Both the position numbers and the translations under genes were made by a program. A stretch of 32,000 nucleotides of DNA, from positions 180,001 through 212,000 of the forward strand of contig NC_000916.1 in the NCBI RefSeq assembly GCF_000008645.1, written 5' to 3'. The notes below the pieces were generated by a model. The model had not been told where the DNA came from, made no database searches, and was given only the letters and a program-made list of their open reading frames with translations. Source of the stretch: Methanothermobacter thermautotrophicus str. Delta H (GTDB lineage Archaea > Methanobacteriota > Methanobacteria > Methanobacteriales > Methanothermobacteraceae). Below are positions 1 to 9,720 of this stretch, piece after piece. The stretch's first letter is position 1. Each line of letters starts with the position of its first letter.

Positions 1-1
1 G

Positions 2-1822
2 AACAGCTCCACAGCCTTCAGTGTCCTCAGAGACAGGCTCCATGAGTACCTCGAGGAACTTTCAGGGATACTGACACCCTACGGCCTTCACACCTTCGGA
101 GAACTGCCAGACAGTGAAACCCTTGAGAAATTCATAGACGCAATAATATCCTTCGACCCTGCAAACAGGACAGCCAGAAGGGATGAGATAAGGAACCTTC
201 TGATTATGAGCGCCAGTAATGAGATGAACTCACTCCTGAGGGCACTTAACGGTGAATTCATACAGCCAGTATCAGCAAGAAGCCCGGTCATCAACCTGGA
301 GACCCTTCCAACGGGCCGCAACATGTACACCTTTGACCCCTCATCAATCCCTGACCCCGCAGCAGTGGTCATAGGATCAAGGGCTGCCGAGGAGATGCTG
401 AAGCGCTACAGGAATTCCAGCGGTGGAAGGTACCCTGAGACAGTGGCCGTGGATATAGGTGATGTGATATCAACTGGCGGTCAGAGCATAGCAGCGATAT
501 TCTACTTCCTGGGAGTCAGACCCATCTATGAGAGCGGAGCCCTCATAGGTACAGAGATCATACCCCTCAGTGAACTTGGAAGACCGAGGATAGACGTTGT
601 GATAAGTGACTTCCACAACTTCCGTGGAGCAATCCCTGCCACCATGGACGTAATCGACAATACAATAAAGAGGATAGTGAACCTCAACGAGTCATCTGAG
701 ATGAACTATGTGAGGAAGCACTACCTCGCAATGAAAGCAGGCATCTACGCTGAACTTGTCGCAGCAGGGATGAACACTTCCGAAGCGGATGCAAATGCGG
801 ATAGACTTGCAAGGACAAGGATCTTCGGACTTCCACCCGGTGCCGACCCCCATGGAGCAGGTGTTGACAGGATACTCTGGTCAAGGGACGACTGGACTCC
901 AGAGCAGCTTGCTGAGACATACCTCAGCTACTACTCCTATGCCTATGGAAGAGATTTAAATGGAGTCCAGAGCCCGAAACTCCTGGAGTCACTCCTGCGC
1001 ACAGTTGACACCACCATGGTCATAAGTCCCTACAGGGCACCCGGTGAGGGCACCTGCCTCTACAGGGTCTCAGTCACCGTGAACTTCATGGTGAACTACC
1101 TCACAGGGAGGAACATAAACAGCTACATTGCAAGGACAGCCTACGGTACACCCCTGATAAGGACACTGCAGGAGTCAACCTACGATGACCTTGCGGTGAC
1201 ACTGCTCAACCCGGTCTGGGTACAGGGCAAACTCCGTGAGGGGCCATCTGGAAGTGCTTCAATAGCACTGCAGGTGAGGGACCTGTTCACCAGCGACGCC
1301 CTGGTGGATGTGGCATCCCCTGATGTCTGGAGGAGAATAGCAGACACTTTCCTCTTTGACAGCTCTGTAAGGTCACAGTTTGATCCATCAGCCCTCCAGA
1401 TGATTGCAAGGTATGTGAGGCAGGCCCATACCAGGGGTCTTGTATCCCTTTCACAGGAGGAACTTGTAGCCATCTCAGAGATGCTCGGTGAGAAATCCGG
1501 CTCTGATGGAAATGACCAGGGAACCACCACAACACCACATGGCGGTACAACCGGCGGTTCAGCCACATCAGGCGGAAGAACAGGCACTGGGTCCCCAGGG
1601 CTATCTCCAGGTGTATCAGGTGCCATATCCATGGATTCACAGTCCAGCGGAGCAGCATCAGCTTCTCCGGGTGAGGGACAGGAGAGGGCAGGACGCTCCT
1701 ATGAGATATCAACACCCACGGCTGCGAAATCATCAGGCACCCAGCTATACGCCATTGCAGGCATAATCGGGCTATTCTGTCTCCTCGGAGTGGGCTACTA
1801 CTTCGGTCCCATGAGAAAATAA
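2..1822 (+). CDS. CobN/BchH-family chelatase large-subunit-like protein, C-terminal part. The 5' end lies outside the window. It ends in a Gly/Ser/Thr-rich linker and one C-terminal TM helix.
   Basis: The frame is open from nt 2, so the track's ATG at 206 is internal. CobN-type motifs are present: LPTGRNMYTFDP, GRYPETVAV, ELGRPRIDVV. The tail reads LYAIAGIIGLFCLLGVGYYFGPMRK*. Confidence 0.8.
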   Translation, partial: NSSTAFSVLRDRLHEYLEELSGILTPYGLHTFGELPDSETLEKFIDAIISFDPANRTARRDEIRNLLIMSASNEMNSLLRALNGEFIQPVSARSPVINLETLPTGRNMYTFDPSSIPDPAAVVIGSRAAEEMLKRYRNSSGGRYPETVAVDIGDVISTGGQSIAAIFYFLGVRPIYESGALIGTEIIPLSELGRPRIDVVISDFHNFRGAIPATMDVIDNTIKRIVNLNESSEMNYVRKHYLAMKAGIYAELVAAGMNTSEADANADRLARTRIFGLPPGADPHGAGVDRILWSRDDWTPEQLAETYLSYYSYAYGRDLNGVQSPKLLESLLRTVDTTMVISPYRAPGEGTCLYRVSVTVNFMVNYLTGRNINSYIARTAYGTPLIRTLQESTYDDLAVTLLNPVWVQGKLREGPSGSASIALQVRDLFTSDALVDVASPDVWRRIADTFLFDSSVRSQFDPSALQMIARYVRQAHTRGLVSLSQEELVAISEMLGEKSGSDGNDQGTTTTPHGGTTGGSATSGGRTGTGSPGLSPGVSGAISMDSQSSGAASASPGEGQERAGRSYEISTPTAAKSSGTQLYAIAGIIGLFCLLGVGYYFGPMRK

Positions 1823-1832
1823 ATTCTATTCC

Positions 1833-1844
1833 TTTTTATTTTTT
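1833..1844 (+). terminator. Oligo-T tract (TTTTTATTTTTT) 3' of the CobN-like gene
   Basis: T5-A-T6 lies 11 nt after the stop codon. Archaeal termination typically occurs at oligo-T tracts. Confidence 0.5.
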
Positions 1845-1955
1845 GGCTCTAAGAACCGAACTAATTCTTACGCATTATGTGACTTACCTAATAAGTGTAC
1901 TAGCTCTGAATCTTCTAGGTAAAGACTTTTGGTGGTTTACCTAAATTACACTGAA

Positions 1956-2876
1956 TTAGGAGAACCTTCTGAAAAGATGCGGCCTGAGACCTGCCTCCAT
2001 CAGCACCCGTCTGTCGTCCTCTGTTAAGTCTGATTCACTGGTAGGTGGTACTGGTTTACCCCTCCTTGCAAGGATGACACCACCACGCCTCTGGGCCCCC
2101 AGGAACTTTCCGGCATCGCCGTCCACTATGAGATAACCATCCCTCATGTCTATACCCGAGAAATCGTCACAGTCCCCCTGGATGATGACGGTACCTCCAC
2201 TCAGGAGCGCCCCGGTATTCTTACCTGCATCACCCATAACACGGACGGTTCCGCGCCTCATGAGTATCCCGGTTGAGAGATCAACGTTACCGTGGTGGAT
2301 TATCTCCACATCAGCATCCAGCCGGGCCCCCAGGGTGTCCCGCACATGACCGTCATCTATGACCATGCGTCCAGGTTCAAGGGTCACATTCACGGGTTCA
2401 GCTCTGAGACCATTCATGAGGATGTCCGTGACTGACATGAACTTTTTGTAGCCCCTCCTGTCGGATCTGACCTCAATGATGTTTCCTATGGGGTCCCTGA
2501 CTGCACCCTTCACGTATATGGTGCCTGAGACCATGCTTATGCCCATCCTGGTGTCAACGTCCCCCTCCACGGTAACAACCCCTGCATCCATCACACCTCC
2601 GCCGCCCCCGAAGTAGGCGAGGTCGGCGCCCATGCTGGAGGCCAGCCTGTGTCCGGCGTCACCCCTCACAATGACCTCTCCTCCATCCTTGAGGTGTTCA
2701 ACAACCTCCCGGAAGGTGTGGCTGGTTCCTGGAATCCTCTCATCAGGGTCCAGCTTTTCACCACGGTGCTGCCAGTAGAAGTTGTAGGTAAAATCAGCTA
2801 TGCAGTCAACCGGACCGTCGGGTTCGATCTCAATAACTTCCCTTTCATCCCTCCTTCTGCCAAGGAATCCGAACAT
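1956..2876 (-). CDS. GXGXG-repeat protein (FwdC / glutamate synthase C-terminal domain-like)
   Basis: It carries repeated G-x-x-G-x-G beta-helix motifs (RGDAGHRL.., VEGDVDTRMG.., MGDAGKNTG.., VDGDAGKFLG). I chose the internal start MFGFLG at 2876 because GGAGGTGCATAT precedes that ATG, and the longer track ORF would overlap the divergent + gene. Confidence 0.75.
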   Translation of the reverse strand: MFGFLGRRRDEREVIEIEPDGPVDCIADFTYNFYWQHRGEKLDPDERIPGTSHTFREVVEHLKDGGEVIVRGDAGHRLASSMGADLAYFGGGGGVMDAGVVTVEGDVDTRMGISMVSGTIYVKGAVRDPIGNIIEVRSDRRGYKKFMSVTDILMNGLRAEPVNVTLEPGRMVIDDGHVRDTLGARLDADVEIIHHGNVDLSTGILMRRGTVRVMGDAGKNTGALLSGGTVIIQGDCDDFSGIDMRDGYLIVDGDAGKFLGAQRRGGVILARRGKPVPPTSESDLTEDDRRVLMEAGLRPHLFRRFS

Positions 2877-3012
2877 ATATGCACCTCCATTATCAGATTT
2901 CCACCCCAACTGATAAATACATCTCCCATAAATATTTCTGTGTGGTATTCCAGGAAGAGGCGCTGGGATAATTTTCCGGTGGATGTTCTCTTTGTGGATC
3001 TCGGGAGATGAT

Positions 3013-3663
3013 ATGTTGCCTGAAAGGAGTGAATTACTCAGTTTCCTCTCAGAACTTGGCGTTGATACAAGGTTTGTGAGTGTAACGCCGGGCGAGGTCC
3101 TCATAAACAACCTGAGGTTCTCCAGGTTCTCCAGGAGGAGGGAGGAGCTATTCAGGGAGAGGTTCCCTGATGTGGATGTTGTGAGGTCCAAGGTGTTCCA
3201 GAAGATATGTTCAAGGGCCTCCAGGGTACTCTCCTCGAACCTCAGACCACGCTCAGAGGTGAGGATCGATGCAGAGGGTGAGATGGCCACCGTACTCCAC
3301 ATCATACTTGAGCCCTACACGAGGAAGTACGGTATAGGGATCGGTGAAGGTGATGTGAGGGTGCTCCCGGGGACCCTTGACCACTCCATTGCAGCTGCAA
3401 TCGAGGATATGCTCTCAGGTGAAAGGATAGGGTATCACCTGAGGTCAACACCCCTGCAAATATACCCTCTATCAGGGGTCCCTGCAGAGTGGATTGAGGC
3501 CTGGCGGGGCACCAGGATCGAGGTAACAGGAAATCCACTGGTTAAGGAGTTTCTTGAATTCTTTGATGGGAACATCCCCCAGTTCAGGGATAAGATGAAG
3601 AGATCCCTCGAATATCTCGGGGAGCTTGCTGAGGCCGGGGGTGGACCACAATCCCCTTACTAG
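3013..3663 (+). CDS. Conserved hypothetical protein, function unknown
   Basis: This is a long ORF with normal composition. The start is uncertain: candidates are ATG 2983, ATG 3013 and TTG 3016. A GGGAGATGAT SD-like element ends at 3012. Confidence 0.55.
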   Translation: MLPERSELLSFLSELGVDTRFVSVTPGEVLINNLRFSRFSRRREELFRERFPDVDVVRSKVFQKICSRASRVLSSNLRPRSEVRIDAEGEMATVLHIILEPYTRKYGIGIGEGDVRVLPGTLDHSIAAAIEDMLSGERIGYHLRSTPLQIYPLSGVPAEWIEAWRGTRIEVTGNPLVKEFLEFFDGNIPQFRDKMKRSLEYLGELAEAGGGPQSPY

Positions 3664-3782
3664 ATCCCCCCATCCGGAGTCCTCATGGAGCTCACTGACT
3701 GCTGGCAGTGCCAGCTATCCTGATGGCTGATACCTAGTTTACCCTCAGAGACCGTGAATAAAAAATGGTTATCTTTATGGGA

Positions 3783-5222
3783 CTATGAGAACTGGAAGAG
3801 TGACGTCTGTTTTTCTTTAGGCTTCTTATCATCTGAACTGCTGGATGATTCATCCCTGGGTCTATCATCCTTTTTAGAGGATTTAATGGGTGTCTTTGCG
3901 GATTTATCTGTGGCTTTATCATTTATGGATTTATCTGCGCCCTTATCTTTCTTCTGACTGTAAAGGGGCCCCACTTTAATTTCAGCTTTCCTGGGGGTTT
4001 TCTTCCTTTTAGGCGCCTTTATCTTTCTCTTCCGGAACAGTTTGATCTCCTCGTCTCTAAGCTCCAGGAATTCACTTATATCATAGGCCATTTCATCATT
4101 CTCAAATAGGATCTCCATGTATGGGAACATTGAGATTGCGACCTTCGGTGAGATGTGCATCTTTCCAGCCATCTTGGCCGCGACACTGTCCCTGAGGCTC
4201 CTCTGTTTCCGGGTTTTCCCGAGTATCCTGAAGGATGATGAACCTGTGTAGCGGACGAACTTCCGGTAGGTCTTATCCTTTGCAAGGGCAACCCCTGGCC
4301 CCATGAGTTCGGAGGCGTAGCGCCAGTAGGTGTAGTTCCTGGTTCTCACGGCTCGCCCGAAGAATATGTCTGCACGTGAGAGCATATCATAGGCCCTGCT
4401 GATCTCATTTGGCTTCTCATATTCCCTGGGAACGTTCTCTGCGATGAATTCAAGTACAAGGGTGGGGTCATCATCCACCCTCATGGCCTCCCTGACCTTT
4501 GAGACGTCACGGCTCTTGAGGACGGCCCTGACGGCATCAAAGAGGTTTGAGGTGGCATCCTTTTCTCCCATCTTCAGGAGCTCCTCACCGATGCGCTCCT
4601 CACCCTCTGCCATGGCCTCAAGGTCGTTGATGGCTGAACGCAGGTCACCACGGGACCTTTTTGCCAGTTCCCTGAGCACATCATCGGGGCACTCTATACC
4701 CTCAGCACGGCATATCCTCCTGAGGGCTGCTGCTATGGATGATGTGTGGACCTTTCTGAGGTTTAAGACCCTGCATCTGGGCTTTATGCTCTGCAGCCTC
4801 TTGCTGTAGGGGTCGTTTGCTGTGAGGACCATGGGATGTCTGCTCTCCTTTATGATCCTGTTTATTGCCTGGACACCTCCACGGTCCTCATTCCCGTGGA
4901 TCCCATCAACCTCATCAAGGATGATGAGCTTCAGGTCATGGTTGAAGAGGGAGCGGGTCGCTGATGCCTCACCGGCGCTCCTCATAAGGGCGTCCTGGGA
5001 GCGCCTGTCACTGGCGTTGAGTTCAAGGGTATCAGAGAACTCCTTTCCTATGATGTGGGCGAGGGTTGTCTTCCCGGTCCCGGGGGGTCCAACCAGGAGG
5101 AGCGGCTTCTGGGGCTTCCCTGCCTTCCAGGCTTTGATCCACTCCTTTATCTCAGCTATGACCTTCTGGTTCCCGACCACCTCATCGAAGCTCCCTGGCC
5201 GGTATTTCTCTGTCCATGACAT
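3783..5222 (-). CDS. rfcL: Replication factor C large subunit
   Basis: The N-terminus reads WTEKYRP, with Walker [14 protein letters not shown] and SRC-like motifs. It has a Lys/Asp/Ser-rich tail ending in the PIP-like KQTSLFQFS. It starts 13 nt downstream of the rfcS stop, behind AGAGGT. Confidence 0.9.
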
Positions 5223-5235
5223 TTACTGTACCTCT

Positions 5236-6201
5236 TTAGGCGTGTTCAAGGAACCTTGCAAGGAGGGCCTCAAGCTGTATCCTGGGATTGGCGCCCTCCC
5301 TTATCCTGAAGTCGTATTCGCCGATGGCATCGATGAGGCCCACGTACCTATCACCATCAACCTCGCCCTCCATTGCCAGCCTTGAGAGCTCCTGATAGAT
5401 CTGGGTGACCATGTCCTCCCCGCTTATACCCTGGAGAACCATGATCTCCCTCAGCATGTCCCTGGCCTCCATGAACTTACCATCAAGGATGGTCTTTATC
5501 ATCTTCCTCACATCCTTTGGCCGGGCCCTTGACACGACATCGTAGATGCTTGACTCTGTTATCTTCTCACCGAGGGATGCGGCTGACTGGAGGAGGTTTA
5601 TGGCCTTCCTGAGATCCCCCTCAGCGAAGTAGACTATTGTCTCAAGGGCATGGGCCTCGTATTCAAGGTTCTCCTTCTCTGCAATGTACTCCAGGCGTTT
5701 GATTATCTGGTGGCCCTTGAGGGGGAGGAACCTGAATATGGCGCACCTTGACTGGATCGGATCTATTATCTTTGAGGAGTAGTTACAGGAGAGTATGAAG
5801 GAGGATGTCTTTGTGTACATCTCCATCTCCCTCCTGAGGGCGTGCTGGGCGTCCTTTGTCATGTTGTCCACTTCGTCGAGGAATATTATCCTGAAGGGGG
5901 CGCCCACGGGTTTTAGGCGGCAGAAGTTCTTTATGCTGGTCCTCACGGTGTCTATACCCCTGGCGTCTGATGCGTTGAGTTCAAGGAAGTTCTGCCTCCA
6001 GTACTCACCGAGGATCTCCCTTGCAAGGGCAAGGGCTGCTGTTGTTTTACCGACACCAGCTGGACCCGTGAACATGAGGTTTGGCATGCTTTTCTCTTCG
6101 ACGTACCGCTTTAGACGTGGTATTATGTGTTCCTGGCCTACTATATCATCAAGTTTCTGTGGTCTGTACTTCTCTACCCAAGGTCCGTTCATAATGATCA
6201 C
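5236..6201 (-). CDS. rfcS: Replication factor C small subunit
   Basis: Motifs present: [23 protein letters not shown] and SRC (QSRCAIFRF). It is 321 aa with no intein. The start context is GGTGATCATT-ATG. Confidence 0.95.
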   Translation of the reverse strand: MIIMNGPWVEKYRPQKLDDIVGQEHIIPRLKRYVEEKSMPNLMFTGPAGVGKTTAALALAREILGEYWRQNFLELNASDARGIDTVRTSIKNFCRLKPVGAPFRIIFLDEVDNMTKDAQHALRREMEMYTKTSSFILSCNYSSKIIDPIQSRCAIFRFLPLKGHQIIKRLEYIAEKENLEYEAHALETIVYFAEGDLRKAINLLQSAASLGEKITESSIYDVVSRARPKDVRKMIKTILDGKFMEARDMLREIMVLQGISGEDMVTQIYQELSRLAMEGEVDGDRYVGLIDAIGEYDFRIREGANPRIQLEALLARFLEHA

Positions 6202-6325
6202 CGATAAGGTTTAATGGAGTTTTCACTGTCCATGGACCGGCGGATCCATCAACGGTGTTTATTTTTCATGGACTGGACCGGTATAGTTCTGTCATCCATC
6301 AATATAGTTAATTACCATGGGGACC

Positions 6326-7108
6326 TTAATCCCTGTTAAGGACCCTTTTCAGGGCGTCTTCCATGACATCCAGGGGCGGGTCCCTCCCGGTCCAGATCCT
6401 GAAGGCCTCAACGCCCTGATAGAGGAGCATACGGATCCCTGAAACCGGGATGGCTGACGCCCTCTCAGCCTCTCTCAGGAGGACCGTCCTTTGAGGGTTG
6501 TACACGAGGTCATGGACCACCAGACCCTCATGCATGAGTTCAGCCCCCACCAGTGGCCTGTCATCTGTGTGGGGATGCATGCCCACCGGCGTGGTGTCTA
6601 TGAGGATATCAGCCGATTTCACAGACCCCTGGATAAGTTCATAGCCCCCGTATGATGCCTCAAAGCCCAGTTTATCAGCCATATCCTCTGCAAGGAGGCG
6701 GGCCTTTTCAGGGGTCCTGTTCAGTATGGTTATATCCGAGGCCCCCTTCTCTGCAAGCTGGAATGCACAGGCCCTTGCAGCCCCACCCGCCCCCAGTATA
6801 AGGACGGATGAACCCTCAACGGATGTCACCTCTTCAAGGGCCCTTAAGCACCCTGAGGCATCGGTATTGTATCCCCTGACGGTCCCGTCATCGAATTTCA
6901 GAGTGTTAACGGCACCTATCAGGGCCGCTGTCCCATGGATATCATCAATGTACTCCAGGACGGCCTCCTTGTGGGGTATTGTCACATTCACACCCTCAAC
7001 CCCAAGGGCCCTCAGGCCCTCAACCGCTGCTTTCAGGTTCTCTGGCTTCACAGGGAATGGTACGTATATCCAGTCCATACCAAGGCTCCTGAACGCCGCG
7101 TTGTGCAT
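6326..7108 (-). CDS. aroE: Shikimate dehydrogenase. The ORF as given lacks its conserved N-terminus, which lies out of frame up to about 7176 (see findings).
   Basis: Motifs present: MHNAAF, NVTIPHK, GAVNT, YNTD and the Rossmann loop GAGGAARA. The upstream HSLSP and [16 protein letters not shown] segments are in two different frames. Confidence 0.85.
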   Translation of the reverse strand: MHNAAFRSLGMDWIYVPFPVKPENLKAAVEGLRALGVEGVNVTIPHKEAVLEYIDDIHGTAALIGAVNTLKFDDGTVRGYNTDASGCLRALEEVTSVEGSSVLILGAGGAARACAFQLAEKGASDITILNRTPEKARLLAEDMADKLGFEASYGGYELIQGSVKSADILIDTTPVGMHPHTDDRPLVGAELMHEGLVVHDLVYNPQRTVLLREAERASAIPVSGIRMLLYQGVEAFRIWTGRDPPLDVMEDALKRVLNRD

Positions 7109-7269
7109 TATGGGCGAGAGGCTGTGCCCAGGGGATGGCCCATGATTCCGGTTACATGTGTTTTTCCAGTTATCAGTTTATCACCCCGGCATTACAGGCA
7201 AAGAATCTCTTCGGGTTTAGATGCTGCACCGGTCAGTATAGAATCTGATTTTTTTTCTCATGGTACTTA

Positions 7270-7301
7270 CAATATTTATTTACCATCAGCGATAAATATT
7301 G
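7270..7301. promoter_or_regulatory. Perfect 10-bp inverted repeat (CAATATTTAT-N12-ATAAATATTG) in the aroE / HARP-like divergent intergenic region. Each arm is TATA-like.
   Basis: Read directly from the sequence. Arm 2 lies about 40 nt upstream of the ATG at 7340, and arm 1 faces the minus-strand aroE. Confidence 0.4.
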
Positions 7302-7339
7302 TTGCCATAGGTTACCTATAATCCAGGGGAGAGTGTGAC

Positions 7340-8002
7340 ATGCTTGCAAAGCAGAGATTCGTACTTGATACAACGGCATTTACAGATAACCAGCTGCGAG
7401 AACTGCTGGGTGATGGCGACCTCAACCTCTCGGTTGACAGGATGCTTGACCTCATAGCGAGAAGCAGGATAAAACTCAACATAAGCTGTCACATGCCTCC
7501 CATCACCTACAAGGAGTTCACAGATTACATGACACGCTACGACTGCCCGGAGGAGACCCTTATAAAGGCCGAGACATGGATAGTTAAGAAGACACCCAAC
7601 CGCTACGACACACAGATACCCTCCCAGATATTCTATGAATACGTCCATGATATACGGGAGAGGATGAACAAGGGCCTCAGGATCTCAGAGACCCTGCTCT
7701 GGGAGGCAGGCATACAGTCCATCATAATGGCCTCCCGTGACGTCAAGAAGACAGAGATCGAGAGCGAGGTGCTTGGAAAGGCCATAAAGGACCTCAGGAA
7801 GAAATACAGATCAGCCCTCCGCAAGGGAACCCTTGACAGTGCCCCCGACCTTGATGTGCTGCTCCTTGCCAAGGAACTGGGGGCAGGGGTCGTGGCGGCC
7901 GATGATGGTATAAGGGTCTGGGCTGAGCGACTGGGTCTGAGGTTCCTCAATGCCACATCCTTCCCCAAGATGCTCAAGGAATACCTTAAATATTATGAAT
8001 GA
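7340..8002 (+). CDS. PIN-like protein of the HARP / RNA-free RNase P family (former UPF0278)
   Basis: The N-terminus reads [11 protein letters not shown]. The C-terminus reads [35 protein letters not shown]. This acidic residue pattern fits a PIN-like metallonuclease at about 220 aa. Confidence 0.65.
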
Positions 8003-8051
8003 TGAACCTCTCATCATCCCCTTTATCATTTTTACTGGAGGAATTGCTGTC

Positions 8052-9329
8052 ATGGATATATCAAGACCGAGAGGAACAAGGGACTTCCTTTTCGCTGAAA
8101 TGAGGAACAGGAAAGAGGTTGAAGGTGTACTCAGAAGGACATTCGAGACCTATGGCTACCATGAGATCAAGACACCAATATTTGAGGAACTCAAACTCTT
8201 CACAGTCAAATCCGGTGAGGAGGTGGTGAACCAGATCTACCACTTCACCGATAAGGGCGGCCGGGAACTGGCCCTGAGACCTGAACTCACAGCACCCGTG
8301 GCAAGGCTCTACATGAATGAGATGCAGAAAAAACCGAAGCCAATAAAGATGTACTACTTCGGGAGCTGCTTCAGGTATGAGAGGCCGCAGGCCGGGCGCT
8401 TCAGACAGTTCTGGCAGTTCGGATGCGAACTCATAGGTGGAAGATCGCCCCTGGCAGAGGCTGAGGTGATATCCCTAGCATCTGAATCCCTCCATGAACT
8501 CGGCCTTGACGGATTCGAGGTCCACATAGGCCACCTGGGCATACTCCGCGGGATCCTCGGCAGGGAGGAAATCCCATCTGAACTCCAGGACAGGATAATG
8601 GGTGTCATAGACAAGGGCGACGTGGAAGAACTTGAAGCACTCCTAGGGGAGGTTGAGGTATCTGGAGAAAGCCGGGAACTCCTCATGAAGCTCATAGGTA
8701 CACAGGGGGGCCCGGAGGTTCTGGACGATGTTGAAGAATACCTGGGGGGCTACAGTGAATCCCTGGAGGCCCTTGAAGAGTTCAGGGAACTCGTTGAGAC
8801 CCTCCACTACTTTGGCGTGGATGACTACCATGTGAACCTGGGGATAGCAAGGGGCCTTGACTACTACACAGGGATAGTATTCGAGATCTACGTGCCGGAA
8901 CTGGGGGCCCAGAAACAGATATGTGGCGGAGGGACCTACAACCTGGTTGAAACATTCGGTGGGGAGCGGGTCGAATCAACGGGATTCGCCTTCGGCTTTG
9001 ACAGGCTCATGAACGCCCTGGGGATGGATGAGGAGAACATGAGGATGGTTGATGTCTTCGTGATACCCATACAGGACTCCACTGTCCCTGAGGCCATAAG
9101 GATCACCCAGGAGCTCAGGGCTGCAGGGGTATCCGCTGACCTCGAAGTCTCTGGCAGGAAGCTCAGGAAGGCCCTCTCACACGCTGACAACCTTGGAGCC
9201 AGGTTCGCAGTTCTGACAGGTGAGAGGGAAATCCAGGATGGTAAGGTGACGGTAAAGGATATGGAGAGGAACTCCCAGGAGACCCTGCCAAGGGATGAGA
9301 TGGTTGATAAAATCAAAGGGAGATGTTAA
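8052..9329 (+). CDS. hisS: Histidyl-tRNA synthetase
   Basis: Class II motifs are present: [23 protein letters not shown] and GGGRYD-like GGGTYN. The start MDISRPRG is preceded by GGAGGAATT, so the track's upstream ATG at 7950 is rejected. Confidence 0.95.
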
Positions 9330-9720
9330 CATTTTACTTAATTTCAGACATAATATTAATGGCGAAGACCTCATAATTGCAGTTGCACAGGACCACGAGA
9401 CAGGTGAGGTCCTCATGGTGGCCTACATGAACCGTGAGGCCCTCAGGAGGACCCTTGAAACAGGCACTGCCCACTACTGGAGCACGTCCCGGGGTAAGCT
9501 GTGGCTGAAGGGTGAAAGCTCAGGCCATGTTCAGCGCGTGAAGGACGTTCTTGTGGACTGTGACGGTGATGCGGTTGTGCTGAAGGTTGAACAGGAGGGC
9601 GGGGCCTGCCATACAGGTTACAGGTCCTGCTTCTACCGGAGTATTGATGGAGATGAACTCAAAGTCAGGGAGGACGCCGTGAAGGTCTTTGACCCTGAAG
9701 AGATATATGGAGATGGTTAG
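9295..9720 (+). CDS. hisI: Phosphoribosyl-AMP cyclohydrolase
   Basis: Motifs present: [42 protein letters not shown] and [14 protein letters not shown]. The start is uncertain. The only in-frame ATG (9295) or TTG (9304) lies inside the hisS 3' end. Confidence 0.88.

Noticed and set aside
2877-3305. N-terminal 143-aa extension of the 449-aa minus-strand ORF (1956..3305)
   Set aside because: It is low-complexity, Ser/Leu-rich and unlike the GXGXG domain. It overlaps the divergent + strand gene. The internal ATG at 2876 has a strong GGAGGTG SD.
7126-7131. Programmed -1 ribosomal frameshifting as the explanation for aroE and the other split genes
   Set aside because: There is no slippery heptamer or downstream structure. 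Four unrelated genes are affected, mostly at short homopolymers. Indel error or mutation is far more parsimonious.
7950-8051. Upstream extensions of track ORFs: hisS from 7950, argH from 25500, L7Ae from 18172, ndk from 18985, S24e from 25060, histone from 17684 and npdG from 12458
   Set aside because: Each extension overlaps the preceding gene or the SD itself. The conserved protein N-termini and SD spacing support the downstream starts listed in the features.
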